Source: Blastocatellia bacterium
Lineage (GTDB): Bacteria > Acidobacteriota > Blastocatellia > UBA7656
Direction: 5' to 3'
Assembly (NCBI GenBank): GCA_963765495.1
Contig: CAVXWP010000006.1
Coordinates: 160,001 to 224,000 of the forward strand
Length of the DNA stretch: 64,000 nt
This document shows positions 52,654 to 63,161 of the stretch, piece after piece (the stretch's first letter is position 1; every line of letters starts with the position of its first letter). A program made the translations under genes and the position numbers. Below the pieces are notes generated by a model. It worked only from the letters and a program-made list of their open reading frames with translations. It was not told where the DNA came from and made no database searches.

Positions 52654-53055
52654 ATGGGTGAAACCAAAAACGGACAATCCGGAACAAAAGGGCGTAAGCT
52701 GCGCGTGCTCTTCAACTGCCTGAAATGCCCCGCCTACTGTTGCAGCTATGATCGGATAGAAGTTACACGCCACGACATCCTCAGATTGGCCAAACATTTC
52801 GGCCTCACATATAAACAGGCCGAAAAGCGATACACCAAAGTAGCATGGGGCGACCGCGTGCTCCGTCATCGGAAGGATCATATATTCAAGAAGGTCTGTC
52901 AGTTTCTCGATCCTGTGGAGCGGCGTTGCACGATCTATGAGGCCAGACCCGAAGTATGCCGCTCTTATCCCGACAGTTTGCGCTGCGGGTATTATGATTT
53001 TCTCGCATCCGAGCGCCGCCGCCAGTGCGATGATGAATTCATCCCCTCGGCTTGA
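52654..53055 (+). CDS. YkgJ-family cysteine cluster protein
   Basis: '[11 protein letters not shown]', 'CQFLD', '[15 protein letters not shown]'. Confidence 0.88.
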   Translation: MGETKNGQSGTKGRKLRVLFNCLKCPAYCCSYDRIEVTRHDILRLAKHFGLTYKQAEKRYTKVAWGDRVLRHRKDHIFKKVCQFLDPVERRCTIYEARPEVCRSYPDSLRCGYYDFLASERRRQCDDEFIPSA

Positions 53056-53178
53056 TGAGTCTGCCCGCCCGGGCCTACGATCAAATACAATGCCGGGGCA
53101 AACCGCCTGTTATAATCAAAATGCAGGGCTTCGAGCAGGACATTTATCCGGCTGAACTCCGAACGCAGCCGCGACCCT

Positions 53179-54534
53179 ATGAATTCAAAACCGGCAAAAC
53201 CTTCCGTCAGTCCGGCACGTCGCGCCGCATTCGATATACTGCGCCGCGTCGAAAGGGAAGGCGCATATGCTTCTATTCTCATAGCCGCGCTACCCGAGTC
53301 TGACCTGTCGCGCGAAGACCGGGCGCTCGCGCAAGAGATCGCGCTTGGCACGCTCCGTCATCAGAAATCGCTCGATTATTTCATCGAGCGATACTCGCGC
53401 CGTCTGGTCGGGCGGCTGGATTTGCCGGTCCTTGTTGCGCTTCGCATGGGGCTTTATCAACTCCGGTATCTTTCGCGTATCCCTGCCCGGGCTGCGGTCA
53501 ACGAATCGGTCAACATCGTCAAGAACGCGGGCACGCGCTCTGCCGCCGGGATGGTCAATGCCGTGCTGCGCAATGCCGCGCGCCGCCTTGATGAAGAGCC
53601 GGGAAAAGAGATTGCCGACCCTCTTGAGAAACTCTCGGTCGCAGTCTCACACCCGCGATGGATGCTTGAGCGATGGATTGCCCAATTGGGCGAAGAGGCG
53701 GCCCGCGAGCTTGCGCTCGCAAACAACGAGCCGCCGCGCGCCGCCTTCCGCGTAAACACCTTGCTTGCTTCGGAGGATGAGGCGCTCGCCTTGCTACGCT
53801 CAGAAGGAGTAGGGGCGCGGCAATCGGAAATCGCGCCCGGGGCTTTTCTTCTTGAGCGAGGCGGGGCCGCTGCGGCGCTTGAAGCAATCGAAAAAGGATT
53901 GATCTATTTTCAGGATGAGGCATCGCAACTGGTTTCGTTGCTGCTTGAACCTTTGAGGGGCGGCAGCGTGTTGGATCTGTGCGCGGCCCCCGGTTCCAAG
54001 ACCTCTCACATAGCCGCGCTCACAGGCAACGATTGCTGGATCGTAGCCGCAGACATCCACCCGCACAGGCTGGCCGCGCTGAGCGCATCCTGCCGCAGAC
54101 TTGGAGTTGATTGCGTTTCGCCTGTTGCCTTAGACGCTACGTTTGACCTGCCGGTAATCGAAGGCGCGCGCGGGTTTGATCGCGTGCTGATTGATGCGCC
54201 GTGTTCGGGGACGGGCACGCTCAGGCGCAATCCCGAGATCAAGTGGAGGCTCACGCCCCGTGATATTGAGCGGCTGGCAGAAGTGCAGCTGAGCCTGCTC
54301 TCACGCGGCGCAAGAGCGATCACAAGCGGCGGAAGGCTGGTTTACTCGACCTGCTCGATAGAGACCGAAGAGAACGAAAGAGTGATCAATCGCTTCCTCG
54401 AAAGCGGCGCTCCGTTTCGATTGATTCGGCCGGATGCGAATCCCGACCTGATTACCGAAGACGGCATGATGAGGACTTTTCCACATCGTCACGGCGCGGA
54501 CGGTTTTTTCGCCGCCGTGCTCGAAAAGATTTAG
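53179..54534 (+). CDS. rsmB: 16S rRNA m5C967 methyltransferase
   Basis: NusB-like N-domain; 'QDEASQ', 'DLCAAPGSKT', 'DAPCSGTG', 'YSTCS'. Confidence 0.93.
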   Translation: MNSKPAKPSVSPARRAAFDILRRVEREGAYASILIAALPESDLSREDRALAQEIALGTLRHQKSLDYFIERYSRRLVGRLDLPVLVALRMGLYQLRYLSRIPARAAVNESVNIVKNAGTRSAAGMVNAVLRNAARRLDEEPGKEIADPLEKLSVAVSHPRWMLERWIAQLGEEAARELALANNEPPRAAFRVNTLLASEDEALALLRSEGVGARQSEIAPGAFLLERGGAAAALEAIEKGLIYFQDEASQLVSLLLEPLRGGSVLDLCAAPGSKTSHIAALTGNDCWIVAADIHPHRLAALSASCRRLGVDCVSPVALDATFDLPVIEGARGFDRVLIDAPCSGTGTLRRNPEIKWRLTPRDIERLAEVQLSLLSRGARAITSGGRLVYSTCSIETEENERVINRFLESGAPFRLIRPDANPDLITEDGMMRTFPHRHGADGFFAAVLEKI

Positions 54535-54642
54535 CTATCAATTTTCGGACGCTTCAATAAAAACGAAGAGGGCGAAAACTCAAAGAGCCGGACATTGAAA
54601 GTCCGGCATCTGGCCGCCTGTCGCCCGGTACAAGGGGAACGC

Positions 54643-55650
54643 ATGAATTTTGACATCTCACTGGCGCTGGAAAGAATCAGGAAGATATATGACGGGTTTA
54701 TACAACAACTGCCGAACATCATACTTGCTCTGATAGTCTTTGTCGCTTTTTATCTGACTGCGAAATTAATCAGGACGACCGTTCGGCGCATCACCGAGCA
54801 GCGGGGCGGGGGGCATTATGCGGGCCTCGCTATTGGGCGGCTGGTTCAAGGTTTCGTCGTGCTGTTGGGCATTTTGATTGCGTTGACAATCGCCCTGCCT
54901 TCGTTCAATCCCGCTGATGTGATTCAATTGCTCGGAATCAGCAGCGTAGCCATCGGGTTTGCCTTTCGCGATATCCTGCAAAATTTTCTGGCCGGGATAC
55001 TGCTCCTGTTTACGCAGCCGTTTCGCATCGGCGATCAAATCGTCACAAGCAACTTTGAAGGCACGGTCGAAGACATTCAAACCCGCGCCACTTTCATAAA
55101 AACCTATGACGGCCGCCGTGTGGTCATTCCAAACGGCGATCTGTTTACCGATAAGGTCATAGTCAACACGGCATACGATAAGCGCCGCGTGGAATACGAC
55201 GTAGGCATAGGTTATGGCGATGACATCGATCGCGCAAAGCAGTTGATACTTGAAGCCCTCAACGCCGTTGAAGGCATATCGAAAGACCCGGCCCCCGATG
55301 CGCTCGTTATGGATCTGGCGGCTTCTTCGGTAAACATCCGCGCTCGATGGTGGATAGATCCTCCGCATCGCGCCGATGCCTTAGACACTCGCGACAAAGT
55401 GTTGACCGCGATCAAAAACAGACTGGTTGAAAACGGAATTGACCTGCCGTTTCCGACTCAACAGATACTCTTTCACGATCAGACGGAAGAGACCGACGGC
55501 GACCGCGCCCGCCAGCGCGAGGGGTGGCCTGCGGGCAAACAGGCCGCGCCGGAATCGCGCAGCATCGCAGGAGCCATAAAGGAAACGGCGGAGGCAGGCA
55601 GATCATCGAGGCCGGATGAGCCTGCGCGGGATATGGAGGTTCGGAAATGA
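54643..55650 (+). CDS. MscS-family mechanosensitive channel
   Basis: 'AIGFAFRDILQNFLAG', 'PFRIGDQI', 'VVIPN', 'VGIGYGDD'. Confidence 0.9.
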   Translation: MNFDISLALERIRKIYDGFIQQLPNIILALIVFVAFYLTAKLIRTTVRRITEQRGGGHYAGLAIGRLVQGFVVLLGILIALTIALPSFNPADVIQLLGISSVAIGFAFRDILQNFLAGILLLFTQPFRIGDQIVTSNFEGTVEDIQTRATFIKTYDGRRVVIPNGDLFTDKVIVNTAYDKRRVEYDVGIGYGDDIDRAKQLILEALNAVEGISKDPAPDALVMDLAASSVNIRARWWIDPPHRADALDTRDKVLTAIKNRLVENGIDLPFPTQQILFHDQTEETDGDRARQREGWPAGKQAAPESRSIAGAIKETAEAGRSSRPDEPARDMEVRK

Positions 55651-55901
55651 TGACCTGGCTCGGCAAGCTGTGGGAGAGGTTGAGATCGAGCTATTGGTTC
55701 GTGCCTGCGATCATGACCCTGCCTGCAATCGGGCTCTCGTTTGTGACTATCACGATTGACAACAGGATGAAAGAGAAAGTCGTTGAAAGCCTCGGATGGA
55801 TATGGGCGGGTGGTCCCGAAGGCGGGCGTGAGCTTCTATATCAGGCGGCGGTCAAAGCCATCGAGCAGGGCCATTACCAGAAGGAGGAGGTGCACAGATG
55901 A
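55647..55901 (+). pseudogene. Remnant of a DUF2254-type membrane protein gene (probable internal deletion)
   Basis: 'RLRSSYWFVPAIM...GGPEGGRELL' resembles the N-terminus of a much longer family; only 84 aa. Confidence 0.55.
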
Positions 55902-56833
55902 AACTAAAGCCCATCTGGGCGATTCTGAAAGATACTTTTTCCGAATGGAATGAGGACAAGGCCCCGCGTCTTGCGGCGGCGCTGGCCTATTACGCGGTCT
56001 TTTCAATCGCGCCGCTGATGGTTGTGGTCATAGCGATAGCGGGCTTTGTATTTGGCCGGGATGCGGCCGAGGGGCAGATCATAAGACAGATTCAAGATAT
56101 AATCGGACCGGTCGCGGCAAAGTCGATACAATCCCTGATCGAAGGCGCGAGCCGACCATCTACGGGCATTCGTGCGACCGTGCTCGGCATAATAATCCTC
56201 TTGTTTGGCGCGACCGGCGTCTTTGGCCAGCTTCAGGACGGCCTGAATACAATATGGGAAGTCGCGCCAAGACCCGGACGCGGCATAATGGGAATCGTCA
56301 AGACCCGGTTTTTGTCGTTCATTATGGTCTTTGGCATAGGGCTGCTGCTATTGTCATCACTCACGGTTAGCGCCGGTATGGTAGCGATTGGCGCTTATCT
56401 GGGCGACCGCGTGCCGGGCTTCGGAATGCTGACGCAGGTCTTGAACTTCGTTATCTCGTTTGCGGTCATTACGCTATTGTTTGCGATGATATTCAAGTTT
56501 CTGCCCGACGTGAAAATCGCCTGGAGCGATGTGTGGATAGGAGCCGCCGCCACCGCGTTGCTGTTTACTCTGGGCAGCTTATTGATCGGCATCTATCTGG
56601 GCTACAGCAAAGTCGCATCGGTTTATGGGGCAGCCGGGTCGCTCGTCATCCTGCTGCTGTGGGTTTACTATTCGGCGCAGATACTCTTTCTGGGTGCTGA
56701 GTTCACACAGGTCTACGCCAACAGATACGGAACGCGCTTTGAGCCGACAAGAGATGCGGTAGCGATGACGGAAGAGGCGCGAGCGGAGCAGGGCATCCCT
56801 CACACCGAAGAGATCGAAGCTCGGAAGGAATAG
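55898..56833 (+). CDS. YihY/BrkB family membrane protein
   Basis: 'LAAALAYYAVFSIAP', 'YGAAGSLVILLLWVYYSAQILFLGAE'. Confidence 0.92.
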   Translation: MKLKPIWAILKDTFSEWNEDKAPRLAAALAYYAVFSIAPLMVVVIAIAGFVFGRDAAEGQIIRQIQDIIGPVAAKSIQSLIEGASRPSTGIRATVLGIIILLFGATGVFGQLQDGLNTIWEVAPRPGRGIMGIVKTRFLSFIMVFGIGLLLLSSLTVSAGMVAIGAYLGDRVPGFGMLTQVLNFVISFAVITLLFAMIFKFLPDVKIAWSDVWIGAAATALLFTLGSLLIGIYLGYSKVASVYGAAGSLVILLLWVYYSAQILFLGAEFTQVYANRYGTRFEPTRDAVAMTEEARAEQGIPHTEEIEARKE

Positions 56834-56838
56834 CTTTT

Positions 56839-56890
56839 GACAGGATTGACAGGATTAGATTTGATTAACAGGATTCTCCTTTGATCCTGT
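56839..56890. repeat. Inverted repeat element (GACAGGATT ... ATCCTGTC)
   Basis: gacaggattgacaggattagatt ... gatcctgtc; same family as 51259-51328. Confidence 0.7.
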
Positions 56891-56913
56891 CTGCGCATCG
56901 CGAAGGTTTGACT

Positions 56914-57873
56914 TTGAAAGAACAGATTGCACTTAAAGATATTGAAAACGCCGCTGAGCGAATCTCTACCATCGCGCGCCGCACGCCGCTTGAACGATCG
57001 CGATGGCTTTCTGACAGAGCGCGCGACGTATCGCTCAAGCTCGAATGTTTTCAGGCTACGGGGTCGTTCAAGCTTCGCGGGGCCACGGCTCGCCTCTCCC
57101 GGCTGACCGAAGATGAAAAAGCGCGAGGCGTGTTGACGGTTTCGGCGGGCAATCACGGTCTGGGCGTCGCCCTTTGCGCCGAGGCTCTCGGCATCCCCGC
57201 CACAATAGTCGTGCCTCTGTCGGCATCACGCGCAAAGGTAGAGGCCCTCCGGCGTTATCCGGTCACGCTTATAGAGCGCGGGGCCGGTTATGACGAGGCC
57301 GAGCGGGAGGCGCGCAAGTTAGAGCATGAAGACGGAGCGATTTTCGTCTCGCCCTACAACGACCCGGAGGTGATTGCCGGTCAGGGCACAATCGGTTTGG
57401 AAATCCTTCAAGACGATCCGCAGATTGACGCGATAATAGTTCCCGTAGGCGGTGGCGGTCTTATAGCGGGCATCCTGATAGCCGCAAAAGCGATAAAGCC
57501 GGATGTAAAGGTTTACGGCGTGGAACCGCTCGCTTCACCGACCATGACACGGTCGCTCGAAGCCGGTAGCCTCGTTGAAATCGAAGAAGACGAAACCATC
57601 GCCGATGGCCTCGCGGGAAATATCGAGCCCGGCTCGATCACCTTCCCAATAGTCCAGCGACTCATAGACGATATTATTCTGGTGAGCGAAGACTCGATTC
57701 GCGAGAGCATTCGTCGAGTCGCAAGCGAAGATCACATTATGATCGAAGGATCGTCTGCGGCTGCGGTCGCGGCGCTCGATGATGCTCGAATAACAGGCCG
57801 CCGGATCGCCGCCGTAATCACAGGCCGAAATATCAGCCTCGACCTCTTCAAAAGCGTGATGCGTGATCCGTGA
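56914..57873 (+). CDS. PLP-dependent threonine/serine dehydratase
   Basis: 'KLECFQATGSFKLRGA', 'SAGNHG', 'PVGGGGL'; start codon uncertain. Confidence 0.9.
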   Translation: MKEQIALKDIENAAERISTIARRTPLERSRWLSDRARDVSLKLECFQATGSFKLRGATARLSRLTEDEKARGVLTVSAGNHGLGVALCAEALGIPATIVVPLSASRAKVEALRRYPVTLIERGAGYDEAEREARKLEHEDGAIFVSPYNDPEVIAGQGTIGLEILQDDPQIDAIIVPVGGGGLIAGILIAAKAIKPDVKVYGVEPLASPTMTRSLEAGSLVEIEEDETIADGLAGNIEPGSITFPIVQRLIDDIILVSEDSIRESIRRVASEDHIMIEGSSAAAVAALDDARITGRRIAAVITGRNISLDLFKSVMRDP

Positions 57874-57931
57874 TTTAGCAGGCATGGAAGCGGCCTTTAT
57901 CAGCCAATATTTTTGAAAATCACGGATCACG
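57855..57931. repeat. Inverted heptamer element, CGTGATN family; supplies the stop codons of both flanking convergent genes
   Basis: cgtgatgcgtgatccgTGAtt ... aatcacggaTCAcg. Confidence 0.8.
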
Positions 57932-58631
57932 CTTCATCGAGCGCATAGCTTAAAGGGTCACGCGCCCCGGCCTCGGCAAAACCTTTCAATCGAAGCAGAC
58001 AGCTATCGCAATTGCCACAGGCCAGGCCCTCCGCAGTCGGATCATAACAACTGTGCGTGAGCGCGTAGTCTACGCCGAGCCGAAGCCCTGTCTTTATGAT
58101 CTCCGCCTTCGTCATCGAAATCAGAGGCGTATGAATCTTGAGCCTGAGCCGGTCTTCAACGCCCGCTTTCGTGGCGAGGTTTGCCATTCGCTCAAACGCT
58201 TCGATGTACTCGGGCCGGCAATCGGGGTAGCCGCTGTAATCGAGCGCGTTTACGCCTATGAAGATGTCTTCGGCTTCAAGCACTTCGGCCCACCCGAGCG
58301 CGAATGAAAGAAAGATCGTGTTGCGCGCAGGCACATAGGTCACGGGGATGGCCGCGTTCATCTCCGCTTCCGCGCGACCCTTCGGCACCTCTATCTCATC
58401 GGTCAGCGCCGACCCTCCGATTGCGCGCAGATCGATATCCACGATAAGGTGGCGCGCTACGCCGAAGGCTTCGGCCACACGCACCGCGCTTTCAAGCTCT
58501 ACGGCGTGACGCTGCCCGTAGCGAAACGACATAGCGTAGACTCCGTACCCTTCTGATTGCGCGATTGCGAGCGCAGTGGTCGAATCCAACCCGCCGCTGA
58601 GCAGTGCGACCGCCCTTTTCTCTTCTGCCAT
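57927..58631 (-). CDS. queC: 7-cyano-7-deazaguanine synthase
   Basis: PP-loop 'SGGLDS', 'TYVPARN', 'GYPDCR', 'CGNCDSC'; GGAG SD. Confidence 0.96.
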   Translation of the reverse strand: MAEEKRAVALLSGGLDSTTALAIAQSEGYGVYAMSFRYGQRHAVELESAVRVAEAFGVARHLIVDIDLRAIGGSALTDEIEVPKGRAEAEMNAAIPVTYVPARNTIFLSFALGWAEVLEAEDIFIGVNALDYSGYPDCRPEYIEAFERMANLATKAGVEDRLRLKIHTPLISMTKAEIIKTGLRLGVDYALTHSCYDPTAEGLACGNCDSCLLRLKGFAEAGARDPLSYALDEA

Positions 58632-58724
58632 CGTCTGAGTCTCCATTTGAGTTATCGCATCAACGTGCCGAAGGTTCAATCTTACTACAGCCGCGCTGCC
58701 CGCTCGTGATAATCTTCTGAAAAC

Positions 58725-59792
58725 ATGAGCTATCAGCTTTATCATCACAATCGCAACTACGGCTGCCGCATAACCGAGTTCATCTATGAAGGCTATCGCG
58801 CGGTGGCGATGGAAAACGAAAAGCTGCGCGTCACGATCATCGCGGACAAAGGCGCTGACATTTACGAATTCCTGTACAAACCCCGCGATGTCGATTTTCT
58901 CTGGCGCACGCGTACGGGCCTGCGCCCGCCTGCGCATTTCATCCCCACAAGCGCGCGCGCCTCGGGCTCGCACGCGGATTATTATGAAGGCGGCTGGCAG
59001 GAGTTGTTTCCAAATTGCGGCAACCTGTCCGTGCATCAGGGCGCTGAAATCGGCCAGCACGGCGAAGTGCTTCTGCTGCCGTGGCGATACACGATCACAA
59101 AAGACGATCCCGACGAGATCGAAATTCGTTTTGAGGTCCGCACGGTTCGCACCCCGTTTTATCTGAGTAAGACGATGAGGCTCGGGCGGGGCGAGGCGGC
59201 GCTCAAAATCTCGGAGCGCGTAACAAATGAGGGCGGGCAAATCGTGGATTTCACGTGGGGGCATCATCCGGCGCTCGGGTGGCCTTTTCTGGATGAAAGC
59301 TGCCGCCTGCATCTGCCCGATTGCCGCATCCGCACCTTTGCCGAATACACTTCGGCAACCTCTCGCCTGAAAGCGGATCAAGAGAGTCAGTGGCCGCTGG
59401 CCGAAGGGCACAGGGGCGATGTTATAGATTTATCGCGCATCCCCGGCCCGGAAGTGGCGGCGCAGGATATGGTCTTTCTCGAAGGACTCTCGGACGGATG
59501 GTACGCCGTGACAAACGCAAATCTGAGGATAGGGTTTGGGCTGCGCTATCCGGCTGAGGTGTTCAAGTTTTTGTGGTACTGGCAGGTCTTTCGCGGCGGG
59601 CGTGATTATCCCTGGTGGAGCGCGACCTATAACATTGCGCTCGAACCCTGCGCCACTCTCCCGGTGCTCCGGCGGGCGGTAGAGCGCGGCGAGGCGTTGA
59701 GCCTTCAATCGGGTGAAAGCCGCGAAATCGAATTGCTGGCCGCGGCAATCGAGAATTTGGATGATGTCGATATGGTGATACGTGATGCGTGA
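58725..59792 (+). CDS. Galactose mutarotase-like / aldose 1-epimerase family protein
   Basis: 'DKGADIYE', 'GGWQELFPN', 'QHGE', 'WGHHPAL', 'IALEP'. Confidence 0.8.
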   Translation: MSYQLYHHNRNYGCRITEFIYEGYRAVAMENEKLRVTIIADKGADIYEFLYKPRDVDFLWRTRTGLRPPAHFIPTSARASGSHADYYEGGWQELFPNCGNLSVHQGAEIGQHGEVLLLPWRYTITKDDPDEIEIRFEVRTVRTPFYLSKTMRLGRGEAALKISERVTNEGGQIVDFTWGHHPALGWPFLDESCRLHLPDCRIRTFAEYTSATSRLKADQESQWPLAEGHRGDVIDLSRIPGPEVAAQDMVFLEGLSDGWYAVTNANLRIGFGLRYPAEVFKFLWYWQVFRGGRDYPWWSATYNIALEPCATLPVLRRAVERGEALSLQSGESREIELLAAAIENLDDVDMVIRDA

Positions 59793-59872
59793 TGCGTGAT
59801 TATTGCAAGAAATTGGGAGCACGAGTCATCTGCCTGAAAATCACGCATCACGCATCACGTATCACGCATCAC
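59775..59872. repeat. Inverted heptamer element, CGTGATN family; supplies the stop codons of both flanking convergent genes
   Basis: gtgatacgtgatgcgTGAtgcgtgatt ... aatcacgcatcacgcatcacgtatcacgcaTCAc. Confidence 0.85.
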
Positions 59873-60939
59873 GGCTTCGATTGTTTGAGCCGGTCGATGG
59901 AAGCGCGAGCCGTTTCGTCGTGGCGACCCGATGCTTCATATGCCTGTTGATAGGCCGCAAGCGCCTTGTCGGGCTGGTTGTCGCTCTCATAAACATAACC
60001 CAGTTCCAAAAGCGCCGCCGTATTTGTGGGCGCGAGCTTGACCGATTGCGCGAGCGCCTCGGCTGCCGGTTTCCACTGCGAAGAGCGAGAAAATGCAAGA
60101 CCCGCGTTATACCACGCGGCGCTTGAATCCTGATGCGCGCGGGCGTATTTGTCGAGAAACGGCGCGGCCTTCGCGTACTGCTTGTCGAGCAGATAGCCTT
60201 GCCCGAGCAGGCTCCAGGCTTGCTCGGTATTATCGACCGCTACCAGCCGCTCGCCTACCGCGATTGCCTGCTTCAACATCGCGGGATTCTGTTTCCACCC
60301 GGCCAGATAGATGCTGCCAAGCAGAGAGAGCGAATCCCTGTCTTTTGCATTGATCGCCAGCGCCTGATTGAGCGCCGTTATAGCCTGGTCGTCGTGGTTC
60401 AGCTTGTAGTGGGCATAGGCTATGTAATAGTAGTTGTTTGTATCGGTCTTCATCTCGGCGGCAGCCGAGGTGAGCGGCGAGATCGCTTCGTTGTATTTGT
60501 TTGTGAAGATAAAGGAACGACCCAGCGCGGCGCGGGCTGTTGGGTCAATTTTCAGCTTCAGCCTGTCTGAAAGCGTGATGTAGTTTGAGAGCGCCGGTAT
60601 GGCCTTGTCGTATTGCTTCAATTGATACTCGGAAAATCCTATGTAGTAATAGCCCGTCACCTGCGACTTCTCATCCTTTTCAGCGCCCTTTACGTAATTC
60701 TGAAAGGCATCTATTGAGTCTTCATACCCTTGCAACTGATAATGACTGGCTCCTATGTAAAACCACGCCTGCCAGTAATCGGGGTTAGCCTTCAACACGG
60801 CGTGGAATTCGCTTATGGCGGGCCGGTATTGCTTCTGGTTGTAGAGCGAGACGCCCTTATCCCAATCCTGCGCGAGCGCGGGCAAAGCGCCCACCAGAAG
60901 TATCACTAAAGCGACGGTTACGTAAAATCTCTTAATCAT
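59869..60939 (-). CDS. Secreted tetratricopeptide repeat protein
   Basis: Signal peptide ALA-Q; many TPR motifs. Confidence 0.88.
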   Translation of the reverse strand: MIKRFYVTVALVILLVGALPALAQDWDKGVSLYNQKQYRPAISEFHAVLKANPDYWQAWFYIGASHYQLQGYEDSIDAFQNYVKGAEKDEKSQVTGYYYIGFSEYQLKQYDKAIPALSNYITLSDRLKLKIDPTARAALGRSFIFTNKYNEAISPLTSAAAEMKTDTNNYYYIAYAHYKLNHDDQAITALNQALAINAKDRDSLSLLGSIYLAGWKQNPAMLKQAIAVGERLVAVDNTEQAWSLLGQGYLLDKQYAKAAPFLDKYARAHQDSSAAWYNAGLAFSRSSQWKPAAEALAQSVKLAPTNTAALLELGYVYESDNQPDKALAAYQQAYEASGRHDETARASIDRLKQSKP

Positions 60940-61318
60940 CGGAACTTCTCCATCTTGAGGCTTCGGAAAAAATCGACCTCCTAACGAATTCAATTTGAAT
61001 GTATCGCCGCTCAAGGGGGCAGCTTGTGAGTTGATCTCTTTCAGACGACTCCATGCGGTAACATCCTATCAAAGACGTTATAGCCAATCTTTTAACATCT
61101 TAATCGCCTGCGCGCCGGGGCACAAGACACTGCATACTCGATTCAGCTATTGAGATGTCGAAGAGGCGGGGCTCAGGTTGCCTGATTCTTTTTAATGTGC
61201 GAACAATTGCCGGGAAGTGCGGCTTGCCAACACTCTGCCGGATAAAGCAGAATACCAGAGGCGCTGTGACGGGATGGATGCCACCTGTACATAAATATCA
61301 ATTGAAAATGAGGTCGAA

Positions 61319-62371
61319 ATGAAATCAGAATCAGATATTTTAATGCGGGCGCTCGCGGTGTGCGCGCTGGCGCTCACGATGGCTGCCGGAGGCTCGGTCT
61401 TTGGCCGGGCGGCGGGGCACTCCGGCGCAGAGACCGGGTCGCCGCAATCCAAGGATAAACCGGCCCAGATTTCTAAAGAAGAGATCGAAGCCGGACAGAA
61501 GATCGAAGCCGCTCCTGATGTCGCGACAAAGCTTCAACTGGCCGAAGAGTTCGCAAAGAAATATCCCAAGAGCACAAAGCTGCATGATGTAGCCGGTTAC
61601 GTGGCATCGCAAGTGGCTCAACTTGAGGATCAGGCGCAGATGATGACGCTTTCTGAGAAATACCTGACCGTCTTCCCGGATACGAAGGAAGCCTCTGTCA
61701 TCCGCACAAACCTGATGACCGCGTATGTAAAAGCCGGCAAAGTAGACGAGGCTTTCAGTCTGGCTGCGGCTTTTTTGCAAAAGCAACCTGCTGATATACC
61801 CGTGCTGACTCAGATGGCGCTTGTCGGGGCCGATCAGATAAAACAGAACAACCCGAAGTACCTGCAACAGACCCAGACCTACGGCGCGAAAGCCATACAG
61901 TTGATCGAAGCCGGGCAGAAGCCCGAAGGCTTGACCGACGAGCAATGGGCCGAGTATCAGAATCACTGGTTGCCGCAGCTTTATTACTCTATGGGATTTC
62001 TTTCGCTCGTCACTGGAAAGACCGATGAAGCGAAGATGAAGGCCGAAAAGGCGCTGACGCTAAACCCGAACGAACCGCTCAATTACATGCTGGTTGGCTA
62101 TATCCTGAATCAGGAATATCAACAACTGGCTGAGAAATATAAAGGCATGCCGGACGGCGCGGGCAAAGACGAGACGCTCAAACAGGCGCAGGCAAAGCTT
62201 GATGACGTCATAGATAAATACGCGCATATGGTGGGTCTGGCCGAAGGCGACACGAGATATGATCAGATTCGCGAGCAGGTTAGCCAGGACCTTGAAGCCT
62301 ATTATAAATATCGTCACAACGGCTCGACCGATGGTTTGCGCGCCATGATTGATAAATACAAAAAGCCGTGA
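61319..62371 (+). CDS. Secreted helical/TPR-like hypothetical protein
   Basis: Signal peptide; 'AEKALTLNPNEPLNYMLVG'. Confidence 0.75.
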   Translation: MKSESDILMRALAVCALALTMAAGGSVFGRAAGHSGAETGSPQSKDKPAQISKEEIEAGQKIEAAPDVATKLQLAEEFAKKYPKSTKLHDVAGYVASQVAQLEDQAQMMTLSEKYLTVFPDTKEASVIRTNLMTAYVKAGKVDEAFSLAAAFLQKQPADIPVLTQMALVGADQIKQNNPKYLQQTQTYGAKAIQLIEAGQKPEGLTDEQWAEYQNHWLPQLYYSMGFLSLVTGKTDEAKMKAEKALTLNPNEPLNYMLVGYILNQEYQQLAEKYKGMPDGAGKDETLKQAQAKLDDVIDKYAHMVGLAEGDTRYDQIREQVSQDLEAYYKYRHNGSTDGLRAMIDKYKKP

Positions 62372-62458
62372 GGAATTTCTGTGGCGGCGGGCGGGCAGGT
62401 TTCAGGTCGTTTTTGAACCTCAAGCGCCCGCCTTACTCTTCCCCGGCAGACTCTAATT

Positions 62459-62947
62459 ATGAAAAGCACTGACACGACCGTTACACCGGAAGAATTTCGC
62501 AGCGCGCTCGGCCATTTTGCCAGCAGCGTCACCGTAGTAACTGCAAGATGCGAGGATGAGAAACTGCGCGGCATCACCGTCAGCGCGTTTTCTTCGCTCT
62601 CTCTCGACCCGCCCCTGATCCTTATCTGCATCGACACGAGGGCCTCGCTACACGAATACCTGAAAGAGGGCTGCTACTTTGCGGTAAACATTCTGGCCGA
62701 AGATCAGGAACTGGTCTCGCGCCGCTTTGCCTCAAAAGACCCCGAACGTTTTAACGGGGTCGGGTACAAAGAGGGGATCGAGAGGACTCCTTTGCTCGAT
62801 GGAGCCCTGGCAAATATCGAGTGCCGCGTCACGAGCGCCTACCCCGGCGGCGATCATACCATCTTTGTGGGCGAGGTCGTTTCCACACATATTATCGAGC
62901 ACAAGCCTCTGTTGTATTTTCGTGGCGGCTACAGGCAGCTTGAATAG
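62459..62947 (+). CDS. Flavin reductase family protein
   Basis: 'FRSALGHFASSVTVVT', 'SLSLDPPLI', 'GGDHTIFVGEV', 'PLLYFRG'. Confidence 0.93.
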   Translation: MKSTDTTVTPEEFRSALGHFASSVTVVTARCEDEKLRGITVSAFSSLSLDPPLILICIDTRASLHEYLKEGCYFAVNILAEDQELVSRRFASKDPERFNGVGYKEGIERTPLLDGALANIECRVTSAYPGGDHTIFVGEVVSTHIIEHKPLLYFRGGYRQLE

Positions 62948-63161
62948 GCCGAGGGCCGGTGCGCCGCCTTCGCTTGCCTGCCCCGTTTATCTCACCTGTT
63001 ATCTTCACTCGATGAGGTGTGTTCACCGTCCATCCGTGGAAGATTGACCGCATTTGAAATCTAGCTCCAATAGAGAGGACCTGAGCGGATATTGATTCCG
63101 GCAACAGTTTTGTCATCAATTCAATCGCCAGAGCGTGCCGGGTCTGTTGGAGAGATTTTCT

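Noticed and set aside
57927-58631. QueC as part of a defence (QatC/Dpd-like) system
   Set aside because: Canonical length and motifs, with housekeeping neighbours; no associated ATPase, TatD or dpd genes
58632-59411. Long N-terminal extension of QueC in the ORF track
   Set aside because: It overlaps the opposite-strand epimerase; QueC homology and an SD begin at 58631
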